From an uncultured Lentisphaeria bacterium (lineage in GTDB: Bacteria > Verrucomicrobiota > Lentisphaeria > JABSQK01 > JAJFLO01), in assembly GCA_951812855.1 (NCBI GenBank), contig OX638337.1:900001-932000 (forward strand): 32,000 bases of DNA, written 5' to 3'. This document shows positions 1-9,097 of this stretch, in pieces (within the stretch, counting starts at the first letter, position 1; each line of letters begins with the position of its first letter). The position numbers and the translations under genes are program-made. The notes under the pieces were generated by a model. That model did not search any database and was not told the DNA's origin. It saw nothing but the letters and a program-made list of their open reading frames with translations.

Positions 1-242
1 TTGCTCTGGGAATGCACCCATTCTTTTTGTGGCAGCTAATTCTAGCTTCAATTTGGCTGTTTGTTATTGGCCGCAAACAAACCAAAATGGCAGAGGCCAT
101 GCTGTCAATGGCAGGTGAAGATGCAGATTCAGTGCGTTTAATCGCTGTATCTACTGTAAAAACAATCCGTTACTATACATATAGTTCATTTGTCTATGTT
201 GCAGTATTCTCAGGCACATATATTTGGCTATACAACACTTAA
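1..242 (+). CDS. 3' end of a small membrane protein of unknown function (frame open to the window edge)
   Basis: ORF 12..242 has no in-frame stop back to nt 3. Hydrophobic stretches FFLWQLILASIWLFVIG and FVYVAVFSGTYIWLY. No family recognised. Confidence 0.3.
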   Translation, partial: ALGMHPFFLWQLILASIWLFVIGRKQTKMAEAMLSMAGEDADSVRLIAVSTVKTIRYYTYSSFVYVAVFSGTYIWLYNT

Positions 243-245
243 CAA

Positions 246-300
246 GGCCAGCCAGAGGGGTGACAAAACCGCTGCACGCTTTTGTCACCCTGCTGGCGGG
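246..300 (+). terminator. GC-rich extended hairpin just after the upstream stop codon (terminator or REP-like element)
   Basis: Perfect 11-bp arms GGGTGACAAAA (258-268) and TTTTGTCACCC (280-290) around an 11-nt loop. Outer pairing CCAGCCAG/CTGCTGG extends the stem. No U-tract follows. Confidence 0.35.
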
Positions 301-328
301 CGTTAGGCAAAAATTAAGGAAATAAGCT

Positions 329-1189
329 ATGTCAACAACCGCAATTGTATTCATTATCGCAACAATATTATTTTTTATATTGGCATTTTTAGGGATAAAA
401 ATAGTTCCCCAGAGTGAAAATCACGTTGTTGAGAGGTTTGGTAAATATAGAAAGACCTTGAAAGCGGGTTTGAATTTTGTAGTACCGTTACTTGATAGGA
501 TTGCAAAACGCTTAAGCATTCTTGAACGGCAATTGCCCGAAAAACCACATGATGTTATCACTAAAGATAATGTTACGATAGTTATAACAAACACCATATT
601 CTTTAGAATAATTGATGCAGGGAAGGCTGCATATAGAATTCATGATTTGGAAGGTGCCATAAGTAATGCTGTTACTGGCACAGTCCGTTCTATTATTGGA
701 GCCATCGAATTCGATGAGGTTCAGTCTCATAGAGAGCAAATTAATCAAAAGATTAAATCGAGTCTTGAAGAAACATGTTCCGATTGGGGAGTAGATGTTA
801 CTCGCACTGAGATATTGGATGTCCAAGTTGATCAAAAAACCCAAACAGCAATGCATCTCCAAATTAGTGCCGAGCGTGATAGGCGTGCATCAGTGATGGA
901 AGCAGAAGGTAAGAAAAAATCAATGGAGCTAGAGGCGGATGCAGCTCTCTATGCCGCACAAAAACAAGCTGAAGCCAAAAGAATGCTTGCAGATGCCGAT
1001 GCTTACGCAACAAAAACAATCGCAGAAGCAATCAATAATGAAGGGGCATCAGCTATTCAATTTGAAATACAAAAAAAGCAAGTAGAGGCAATTGGAGAAC
1101 TTTCGAGTTCTAATAACGCCAAAGTAATCCTACTACCAAATGATATCATAAGTGCATTAACTTCACTCCCTAATATATTTGGAAAATGA
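329..1189 (+). CDS. SPFH/band-7 (stomatin/QmcA-like) membrane protein
   Basis: N-terminal TM helix, then IVPQSENHVVERFGKYRKTLKAGLNFVVPLLDRI and ITKDNV...TEILDV, typical of the SPFH core. Ala/Glu-rich coiled-coil tail. Confidence 0.9.
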   Translation: MSTTAIVFIIATILFFILAFLGIKIVPQSENHVVERFGKYRKTLKAGLNFVVPLLDRIAKRLSILERQLPEKPHDVITKDNVTIVITNTIFFRIIDAGKAAYRIHDLEGAISNAVTGTVRSIIGAIEFDEVQSHREQINQKIKSSLEETCSDWGVDVTRTEILDVQVDQKTQTAMHLQISAERDRRASVMEAEGKKKSMELEADAALYAAQKQAEAKRMLADADAYATKTIAEAINNEGASAIQFEIQKKQVEAIGELSSSNNAKVILLPNDIISALTSLPNIFGK

Positions 1190-1455
1190 ATATGGAAATC
1201 CTGTATTCAATAAATTTTTGGCTGATTGTTGGGTTTTTTCTCGCTATTTTAGAAATATTTTCAGGCTTATTTATTGCACTGTGTTTTTCTGTGGCTAGCT
1301 TTCTTATGGCAATAGTATTTTGGTTGTGGCCTAACATTGGCATAGAATGGTATGAGATTATATTTCTACATTCATTTATTGGTTTTTCTGTAGCATCACT
1401 TACATGGCTGAAACTCCGAAGAAATCAAAAGGAACTTCCAGACATTAATGACTAA
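1186..1455 (+). CDS. NfeD-like membrane protein, membrane part only (probably truncated)
   Basis: ATGA overlap with the SPFH gene, matching the classic SPFH-NfeD pairing. 89 aa, almost all TM helices. The C-terminal soluble domain expected in NfeD/YbbJ is absent, and an IS relic starts right after the stop. Confidence 0.5.
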   Translation: MNMEILYSINFWLIVGFFLAILEIFSGLFIALCFSVASFLMAIVFWLWPNIGIEWYEIIFLHSFIGFSVASLTWLKLRRNQKELPDIND

Positions 1456-1469
1456 ATCACATAACCAGT

Positions 1470-1830
1470 GCATCCAGCCGACCGCTGGAAGCACAGTTCG
1501 TATAAAAAGGTCATTTTATATTAAAGTTCAGTCGCGTTGTTGAAGCTCATCGTATATCTTCCAGCGTCCCGTTGGTCACTGATTCCGAGTAATCGCTCAG
1601 CTTCCTCTATGGAGGAGGCATTGAAGATATCCCGAATATCCTGTGCGACCTCACAACGCATTTCTTTCTCAGGTACGTAAGCCGTGGCATTGTACTGAAG
1701 GTGAACCTGGCAGCGTTTCCGGGGAAAAACCTCCTCTGACGGTTGTTAGATCAGACAATACGACTTGTCCAGTCTACCCCCTCCGAAGTGCCCGGTCCCT
1801 TGTAATGTTATCCGTTCTGTTTATTATAAC
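1470..1830 (-). mobile_element. IS256-family (mutator-type) transposase relic
   Basis: Minus-strand translation SEEVFPRKRCQVHLQYNATAYVPEKEMRCEVAQDIRDIFNASSIEEAERLLGI matches the conserved QRC.VH..RN....VP...........IF.A...eeA block of IS256 transposases. Stops and frameshifts lie on both sides. Locally GC-rich. Confidence 0.6.
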
Positions 1831-1959
1831 ATGAAGAACACAAAAAATGAAAAATTCTAATTATTTTAGGTTCAGACTTAATTCATAATCTGGATTAAAC
1901 AGTATGGATAAAATATCAAAACATCTGAAAGGGACACTGACGTTCATCGAGTTTTTCCT

Positions 1960-2576
1960 CAAATTCAGGAGATCGTGTCGCATAAGATAATCCCTAACCT
2001 GCAGTAAGACTTGTTTCAGCAACGTCGTCCCGGGGAAATGGCAGCCGGCGTAATAGACATAACCCATTCATTTTAAAATGGTTCTGACCTGCCCGGCACC
2101 TCACAGGCTGCCCCTCAAATTCCAAATCAATATGCTGATTAAGACTGCCTAGCGTTTTTCCCGCATCAATTGCAGTGAACTAAATTATGATTATCTTATC
2201 ATGGCATGCGGGGCACGTCATTCCTGTTTTGGCAACGAACAATGGGAAAGAAATGCACCCGGATCAGCACCCGTTGCGATGCAGCGTCGCAAGAAACATC
2301 GTCCGTGAATTGAAGAATCAACCCCGCCAGGAATTCAAGTACATTAATAAAGGACAGATGACCGCTATTGGGAAAAGTAGTGCAATTGTTGAATCAGGAA
2401 AATTAAAACTAAGTGGTTTATTGCCTGGTCAGCCTGGATATTTGTTCATATTTACTGCCTGACAGGATTCAAAAACCGTATATTTGTAACGCTGAATCGG
2501 GCATGGGCCTATGTCGCTTTCTACGTCTTATGTTTCTTAATTTGCAACACATTGTTCACTTTTTGACAATGCATCG
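1960..2576 (+). pseudogene. ndh: Type II NADH:quinone oxidoreductase (NDH-2) pseudogene with internal deletion and frameshifts
   Basis: Frame 2: YDYLIMACGARHSCFGNEQWERNAPG, joined directly to SAPVAMQ. Frame 0: VARNIVRELKNQPRQEFKYINKGQMTAIGKSSAIV. Frame 2 again from 2414: WFIAWSAWIFVHIYCLTGFKNRIFVTLNRAWAYVAFY. The 5' limit is uncertain and could reach ATG 1831. Confidence 0.65.
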
Positions 2577-2625
2577 ATTTGTGATTTTGATATAAAAAAA
2601 CAAAATTCCGTTTTAGACAAAATCG

Positions 2626-3591
2626 TTAAGATTTAATGTTGGATCGCGTTTTATATTCCTTGCCAAGATGGGGTTCATTACGTTTTTTTGCTAATTCTAT
2701 CTGAAGTTGGCGCTGCTTAAATCGTGCACGCTTTTCCGTTGTCATTTTATTATAACAATGTGGACATGATATTCCCGGTTCATACTCTTCGGATTTAAGT
2801 TCCTCAGTTGACAATGGCATCCGGCAGGCAAAACATTGTTCATACTCTCCAGGTTTCAGCCGATCATTAACCGCAACCCTGCCATCGAAAACAAAACACT
2901 CACCCTCCCATTTGTTTTCCTTTGGATCAACTTCTTCGAGATATCGTAAAATACCGCCGTTAAGTTGATAAACATCCTTATAACCCTGACCGAGCATGAA
3001 GGATGTTGCTTTTTCACAGCGTATACCCCCGGTACAAAACATAGCGATTTTTTTGTGTTTTTGAGGATTTAAATTCGACTCTGCATACTCAGGAAACTCT
3101 CTGAATGAATCCATATCCGGAGTGATCGCATTTTTAAAGGTTCCAACCTTACATTCATATCGATTTCGCGTGTCAATAACCAAAACATCTGGATCAGAAA
3201 TTAAATCATTCCACTGTTCGGGACCAACATGAGTACCGGTAAGTCTGGACGGATTGACACCACTGACACCCATTGTGATTATTTCCTTTTTCAACCGGAC
3301 TTTCATTCTTAGAAATGGCATTTTTTGTGCATATGATTCTTTATACTCAAGTCCATAAAATGCCTGGTTTGAGTGGATAAATTTCATCAGGCTGTCAATA
3401 CTTTTTCGACTTCCGGCAACCGTACCGTTAATTCCTTCTTCTGCAATTAGGATCGTACCTTTAATACGATTCTTTTTACAGTGGTTTGATAATAAGAACT
3501 GCCACTTTTTGTAATCCGGCAGATGAACAAATTTATAGAGTGCGGCAACAACAACTTTATACGATTTGGAGTTATTCGTTTTTTCAGTCAT
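2626..3591 (-). CDS. trhO: Rhodanese-domain tRNA uridine(34) hydroxylase (UPF0176/YceA family)
   Basis: 321 aa. ALYKF...GTILIAEEGINGTVAG N-terminal domain, rhodanese active-site loop FCTGGIRCEKA, C-terminal Cys pairs (CFACRMP, CPHC). Confidence 0.85.
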   Translation of the reverse strand: MTEKTNNSKSYKVVVAALYKFVHLPDYKKWQFLLSNHCKKNRIKGTILIAEEGINGTVAGSRKSIDSLMKFIHSNQAFYGLEYKESYAQKMPFLRMKVRLKKEIITMGVSGVNPSRLTGTHVGPEQWNDLISDPDVLVIDTRNRYECKVGTFKNAITPDMDSFREFPEYAESNLNPQKHKKIAMFCTGGIRCEKATSFMLGQGYKDVYQLNGGILRYLEEVDPKENKWEGECFVFDGRVAVNDRLKPGEYEQCFACRMPLSTEELKSEEYEPGISCPHCYNKMTTEKRARFKQRQLQIELAKKRNEPHLGKEYKTRSNIKS

Positions 3592-3735
3592 AGGAATCGC
3601 CTGTTTTAATTTTCATATAAATATAATTTATTTACTGTAACTGTATCAATATATACACACCCGAACACTGAAATGTATCGTCACTCAGCTCTGTTATCAT
3701 CATTGATTGTTTTTCTGAACTCTTTTGTCATTATT

Positions 3736-4038
3736 TCAAAAATATAAATAATCTCCCCTGATACATAAATGAAGCGACGATAACAATAATGTAAAAAGCC
3801 CTGTACATTGTCTTAATAGCATTTTCAAAGGTCTCATCAGTACTATACGTATCTTTGAGAACTGATTCATACTATACTTCAGGAATATATTTGATGATTC
3901 CTTTAGCATCAAATGTCCCGAGTTCTTCGATTTCGAGAGAACACCTCTAACTCCTGTACGACAACAGGATCCTTTACATTCAGCAAGATCACAGGAAAAA
4001 TATTGACCCCCAATATCATCACTGAACAAGTGTCTCAT
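3736..4038 (-). pseudogene. Possible relic of a CxxCxGxCC (DUF3109-like) protein
   Basis: N-terminus YFSCDLAECKGSCC. A +2 frameshift then reads CSLEIEELGTFDAKGIIKYIPEV. The rest of the 100-aa ORF is low-complexity. Family assignment from memory only. Confidence 0.25.
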
Positions 4039-4188
4039 TAACAGCTGTCATTTTGGAAACTCCGTTATCGGTGAAAAAAAAAAGTGCCTTGCCACGAATG
4101 GAAGTTTAAAATACCGACGCATCACAGGATAAGATTATTTTTTGAATTTACGATTCAAAGATTTTATTGTTATTCGTCATGAATCATT

Positions 4189-4197
4189 TGATATAAT
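4189..4197 (+). promoter_or_regulatory. Candidate extended -10 promoter element for the ABC-F gene
   Basis: TGATATAAT (TGnTATAAT consensus) about 80 nt upstream of ATG 4276. No good -35. Confidence 0.3.
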
Positions 4198-4275
4198 CAT
4201 TATCTTAATGGATTAAAATAACAAAGCTTAAAGATCAAAGAAGACAATTTTAATGAATCCGAACAGCCTGCCAAA

Positions 4276-6207
4276 ATGATCGATTTTATAAATGTAAAAA
4301 AAGGGTATGCAGATAAAGACATTCTAAAAGATGCGACGATACGAGTTAATAAGTTTGAACGCATCGGACTTGTCGGACCAAATGGTGCCGGGAAGAGTAC
4401 CTTGTTTAATATGATCATTGGAGAAACCGAACCGGATAAGGGTGAAATTGTTATCCCGAAAAACATGAGAATGGGGTATTTAAAACAACAAATTCAGGCT
4501 GATATCCTTGAAGAATCTCTTATTAATTTTACAGCGAATACAATTCCGGAATTTCGTAAATTACACAATGAAATCGACGAGATTGAGGAAAAACTTACCC
4601 TTGGATCAAATGATACACTGTTAAATAAACTGGGAGAGCTTCAAACAAAATTTGAAAGTCTCGGGGGCTATGAAATAACAGCAAAAGCCGAAGCCGCATT
4701 ATGTGGATTAGGTTTTCAGGTTGACCAATTCAGCAAGTCAATGAGTGCATTCAGCGGGGGATGGCAAATGCGAGCCGGACTGGCACAAACACTGATAGTC
4801 AACCCCGATATTCTCTTACTTGATGAGCCGTCAAATTATCTTGATGTACCTGCAATTGAATGGATGCAGCGGTATCTGAAAAACTATAAGGGAACACTTT
4901 TACTCATATCGCACGATCGCTATCTGCTTAATTCTCTGACGAATATCACATTAGAAATTAATGCCGGTTTGGTTAACCGTTATCCGGGAAATTACGACTA
5001 CTATGTAAAACAGCGGGAAATTCGTTTCCAATCACTTCATGCAGCAAAAGATAATCAGAATAAACTGCGGAATCAACTGGAAAAATCAATCAACCGGTTC
5101 CGTGCTAAAAGTACCAAGGCATCCCAGGTGCAGAGCTGGATAAGGACAATTGAAAAAATGGAGCAAATTGATGTTCCCGACGACCTCAAATATTCAGGAC
5201 AAATTAATCTTCCGCCGGCACCTGCAAGCGGTGCAGAAATGATGCGCCTGGAAAACCTTGGCCATACCTATGACGAAAAAAACTGGATACTTAAAAATAT
5301 CAACCTGCAGATTGAACGAGGTGATAAAATCGGGTTTATCGGTTATAATGGCATGGGAAAAACAACCCTGCTGCGAATCATTGCCGGACAACTTAAATTC
5401 AATAAGGGAAAACGGGTTGTGGGTCATAAAGCAGTCATTGGATATCAAGCACAGGAATCAACGGAAACCCTGCTCCCCAACCAGTCAGTTTGGACAATCG
5501 TAAAAAATGCTGCTCCCGATAAAGCAACTGACAGAGATATACGAAATGTTATGGCAACATTTGGATTTCAGGGCGATACCATACAAAAAATGTGTCAGGT
5601 GCTGAGCGGCGGAGAGAAAATACGACTTGCTTTTGCCAGAATATTCATTAACCCACCGAATTTACTTATATTAGACGAACCGACTACGCATTTGGACATT
5701 GCAGCCAGAGAAGGACTGCAGGAAGCTGTAAAAAACTATGACGGAACCGTTTGTCTGGTAAGTCATGATATCGAATTTATTAGAAAATCAGTCAGTACAA
5801 TTATTTCAATGACTGAGCAATGTGGTATAAAAAAATACTATGGTGACTATGATTACTATACGGAAAAAACAGGAGTCGATACCATTAATTCCGGAAACAT
5901 GTCTGACTCAGAAAATCAGTCCGGGAATCAAAACAAACCAAAAACTAAGAATAAAGGGAATAACTCTAATTTACAAAAGAGATTGAATAAACAGGAACGG
6001 GCTTTAGAAAGACAACGTCTCTGCATTGAAGAAGATATTGGAAACTGGGAAAAAGAAAAGTCTGCGTTACTTATTCAGATAGATGCCAATGAACCTGATT
6101 TAGATTATGCTTCATTGAATCAACAACTTGAGTCACTGGAGAATCAAATAAATTCAGCCTGCACTGAATGGGACAGTGTTACGGCACAACTTGAAATATT
6201 GAGATAA
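4276..6207 (+). CDS. ABC-F family ATPase (two ABC domains, no TM domain, C-terminal coiled coil)
   Basis: Two Walker A motifs (GPNGAGKST, GYNGMGKTT), two signature motifs (FSGGWQMR, LSGGEKIR), two Walker B motifs (LLLDEPSNYLD, LILDEPTTHLD). Lys/Asn-rich tail followed by heptad-like sequence. Confidence 0.9.
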   Translation: MIDFINVKKGYADKDILKDATIRVNKFERIGLVGPNGAGKSTLFNMIIGETEPDKGEIVIPKNMRMGYLKQQIQADILEESLINFTANTIPEFRKLHNEIDEIEEKLTLGSNDTLLNKLGELQTKFESLGGYEITAKAEAALCGLGFQVDQFSKSMSAFSGGWQMRAGLAQTLIVNPDILLLDEPSNYLDVPAIEWMQRYLKNYKGTLLLISHDRYLLNSLTNITLEINAGLVNRYPGNYDYYVKQREIRFQSLHAAKDNQNKLRNQLEKSINRFRAKSTKASQVQSWIRTIEKMEQIDVPDDLKYSGQINLPPAPASGAEMMRLENLGHTYDEKNWILKNINLQIERGDKIGFIGYNGMGKTTLLRIIAGQLKFNKGKRVVGHKAVIGYQAQESTETLLPNQSVWTIVKNAAPDKATDRDIRNVMATFGFQGDTIQKMCQVLSGGEKIRLAFARIFINPPNLLILDEPTTHLDIAAREGLQEAVKNYDGTVCLVSHDIEFIRKSVSTIISMTEQCGIKKYYGDYDYYTEKTGVDTINSGNMSDSENQSGNQNKPKTKNKGNNSNLQKRLNKQERALERQRLCIEEDIGNWEKEKSALLIQIDANEPDLDYASLNQQLESLENQINSACTEWDSVTAQLEILR

Positions 6208-6566
6208 ATTATTACGAGGTCTTTTTTAAATGAATTCTCAATGGTCGCATGGCTCATGAGTAATATTAAACGACGGCCGTTTTATTATAAAAAAGAAACT
6301 GTTTTCATTGTTTTTTTACATTCATATTTCTGATCATTTCCATTTCAACCCTTTCAGATTACGGATTCACTTATGACGAGCCTGAAATTAATCGACCTTA
6401 ATAAACATCATTATAGTGATATTTACATGATGTTCATCACCCGCACTGAGCACTGTTTCCCCTATCTAAAACAGATTGACAAGCAATTAGAACCTGAGTA
6501 CAAAATTGATGTTGATGGAGGGACTATTGTAAAAATTCTAAAAATTAAATCTGAAATGAAAAATTT

Positions 6567-7694
6567 TCAGGATAAATAATTAACTGCAAAGTAAAGACCT
6601 GCGTACACTTTCGGATCGACTAGACATCCTCGCTTTTCCGATTCTTTCAACCAACTTTCAGCATTGTCAATTGCCACTGAATGAACAACGATTGACTCTG
6701 TTTCATCTCCCCCGCCCTCTTCCACTTTGATACAGTTTTTCGCGAGCAGAACAGTGATCAATTCATTGGTTAATCCGGCTGACGACGGTCCGGTTGTCAG
6801 CGTAACCATTTCTTCTGCTGTAAAACCGGTTTCCTCTAATAATTCACGCACTGCAACAGTTTCATATGATTCGACTTCAGTATCATCCAAATCATTGACC
6901 AAACCGGCCGGAAATTCTATTACACTGGCTTTAACCGGCAGTCGATACTGTTCGGTGAAAATCAGTTTTTGATCCCGTGTTATTGCGACGACAACAACAA
7001 CACCGGTACAATTTGTACGTTCAACATACTCCCAATTATTATCATTGATAAAACGAATAAATTTCCCTTCATAGTCTATAGCGGGTTTATCACTGACATG
7101 TGCAGAATGATAAAGACCATTTTCAGTGATATAAGCGATAACGGCAGAAGGGACAATTCCCATAATATTCTGCTCATTAAGAATCATATCCCGTACCATC
7201 GAACTCGAACAATTTGTCGAAACAACATTGCCGATATTGACTCGCTGAATATAGGGGGGAAGCGGCTTCGGTTCTCCTATACCCGGTCTGGGTACCATAA
7301 GAAACGTTTCTCTATTCATTAACTGGTCTGCGTTTACCCAATTGGGTATATCTCCAATCAAATCTGCTCCGATGACAAATATAAATTCATGATCGCAATA
7401 CTGTTTCCTCATTTCCTTCAACAATCCATGTGTTGTGGACGGTGTACTGCCATCATCAATCTGACTGTCGATCATTTGAATAGATTCGTTTTGTCCAAAC
7501 ACAGTTCTCAACATGATCGTTACCATTGTCTTCCTGTCTTCAGGTCGGCTATGCTGTTCTTTATCGTTTCTCAAGCCGGCGGGAACAATCCATATCTCAT
7601 CAACCCGGTTAGAATTCATAACAGCTGTAATAGACAAAACATGGCCAACATGCGGTGGATCAAATGATCCGCCATATAATGCAATCCGTTTCAT
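6567..7694 (-). CDS. nadD: Fusion protein: NadD-type nicotinate/nicotinamide-nucleotide adenylyltransferase + Nudix hydrolase
   Basis: N-terminus IALYGGSFDPPHVGHV (NadD-type (H/T)xGH motif) and ...SSSMVRD. C-terminal half carries the Nudix box AVRELLEETGF, preceded by EFPAGLV. Confidence 0.8.
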   Translation of the reverse strand: MKRIALYGGSFDPPHVGHVLSITAVMNSNRVDEIWIVPAGLRNDKEQHSRPEDRKTMVTIMLRTVFGQNESIQMIDSQIDDGSTPSTTHGLLKEMRKQYCDHEFIFVIGADLIGDIPNWVNADQLMNRETFLMVPRPGIGEPKPLPPYIQRVNIGNVVSTNCSSSMVRDMILNEQNIMGIVPSAVIAYITENGLYHSAHVSDKPAIDYEGKFIRFINDNNWEYVERTNCTGVVVVVAITRDQKLIFTEQYRLPVKASVIEFPAGLVNDLDDTEVESYETVAVRELLEETGFTAEEMVTLTTGPSSAGLTNELITVLLAKNCIKVEEGGGDETESIVVHSVAIDNAESWLKESEKRGCLVDPKVYAGLYFAVNYLS

Positions 7695-7809
7695 TGGCTC
7701 TCCATTTCACTTAAGCATGAACTGAAATTAAGGATAAAATTTAAATATGACGAGGTTTAACAAGACTGTTTATTAACCTCAATCGCCGATTCTATTATTT
7801 ATAGATGTT

Positions 7810-8147
7810 TCAATCTGTTTATCTAAAAAAGATGAGCGACAACCACATTACCAGATACCTGCACCTCAGTATACATTTCTATATTTGAATTTCCAAGCCG
7901 TCCGAATTCGGATACACCAATGACATTCTGCCCTTATGAATTACGCATATCTATTTAACATGAAGCATGTATAACATACTCCAAGACTTTGGCGTCATTA
8001 ACGCTCCTGTCTTTTGATGGTGAACAACTTCGAGTATTTTGTGAAACTAATAAAGAATTTGGTTATGACATTATAAAAAAAATGATATGCACCGTCGCAT
8101 ACCGGCTTCTATACACCGGAACAAAGTTGATGGAGAATACATTGTAA
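7810..8147 (+). pseudogene. Cyclic-nucleotide-binding (Crp-like) domain protein relic
   Basis: Frame ending at stop 8145-8147 reads LLSFDGEQLRVFCETNKEFGYDIIKKMICTVAYRLLYTGTKLMENTL, the typical C-terminal end of a cNMP-binding domain. In-frame stop at about 7959 and degraded upstream beta-roll. No start codon. Confidence 0.4.
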
Positions 8148-8272
8148 ACAGACATTTATTAAATAAATTTATACGATACCGGTTTCATGATTTGAACATC
8201 AATTTTGACAACGGGAGAAAATAAAATCATAAATGTCGTTAAAGAAAAATGTAAACAAAAAGGAATGACCGG

Positions 8273-8713
8273 ATGAACTATAAAAAAGTAATGTGTGCCA
8301 TCGATTTTTCAGACCTTTCAAATTACGCATTTGAGTATACACTTGACCTGCTGAAAGGTCAGGATACTCAAATTATACTTATCCATGTCATAGAGCATCT
8401 TTATTATCACGACCATTTCTTAATTCTATCGCTCTCACCCGACGAAATTGAAGATAAATTTACGAAATTGGCAAAAGAAAAACTAACTGAATTAACTAAA
8501 AATTACACCAATGATTTTTCGTTTAAATTTATTATTCGAGAAGGCCACCCCCAAACTGAGATTGTCAATGCCTCGAAGAAACAGGATGTTGACCTGATTG
8601 TTATCGCCAGCCATGGACATACAGGAATAGCCCATGTCATTTTAGGAAGTATCGCAGAGAGGGTTGTACAAAATGCTTCCTGCCCTGTACTCATCGTAAA
8701 AAAAACTGAGTAA
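8273..8713 (+). CDS. Universal stress protein (UspA family)
   Basis: 146 aa. KKVMCAIDFS...LIHV...DLIVIASHGHTGIAHVILGSIAERVVQNASCPVLIV matches the Usp ATP-binding fold pattern. Confidence 0.85.
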   Translation: MNYKKVMCAIDFSDLSNYAFEYTLDLLKGQDTQIILIHVIEHLYYHDHFLILSLSPDEIEDKFTKLAKEKLTELTKNYTNDFSFKFIIREGHPQTEIVNASKKQDVDLIVIASHGHTGIAHVILGSIAERVVQNASCPVLIVKKTE

Positions 8714-9095
8714 CACGAAAGACTAAATTCTTTGCTGATATACGAATCAATGGTCTCCCCGATTTTGCCATTCAGGAGCGTTGGTGTCAGTATGAATACC
8801 CATGGAAATAACCGGAGTTTTTCAACCGGCTTGTTTCGGAAATCAATCGACAAAACCCGTATTGGCGACGAACGTTTTTCAGCAAACGGCCAACTTACAT
8901 ATGCTTTCCAGACAAAGGAATTTCCGAACAGGCTCCATTTCGGATTAAGTTTATCCCGCAGACTCTCGGACACAGGCAATGAAACGGTACGTTATTCCGG
9001 CAAACCCGGATCTGCCATATCAAAAATTACGACAGTTGACACACGCAGGACAGCTATTGATGCTTTTGGAAATAAAATTAATCTGCTATATTACA
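8714..9095 (-). pseudogene. Possible relic of the family-2 glycosyltransferase that usually accompanies DUF2064
   Basis: Minus-strand reading FAEKRSSPIRVLSIDFRNKPVEKLRLFPWVFILTPTLLNGKIGE resembles the C-terminal part of that GT (..f...p.mEDvel..Rl.....l..l..pV.TS.RR....G). Only about 90 codons remain and there is no N-terminal domain. Confidence 0.3.
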
Positions 9096-9097
9096 CG

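Noticed and set aside
6208-6566. 360-bp spacer between the convergent ABC-F and nadD-Nudix genes, including ORF 6373..6579 (68 aa), as a gene or relic
   Set aside because: No frame on either strand gave a recognisable motif. Only a weak hairpin, AAACG-acggc-CGTTT (6270-6284) followed by a T/A-rich tract, might act as a terminator. The ORF overlaps the nadD-Nudix 3' end.
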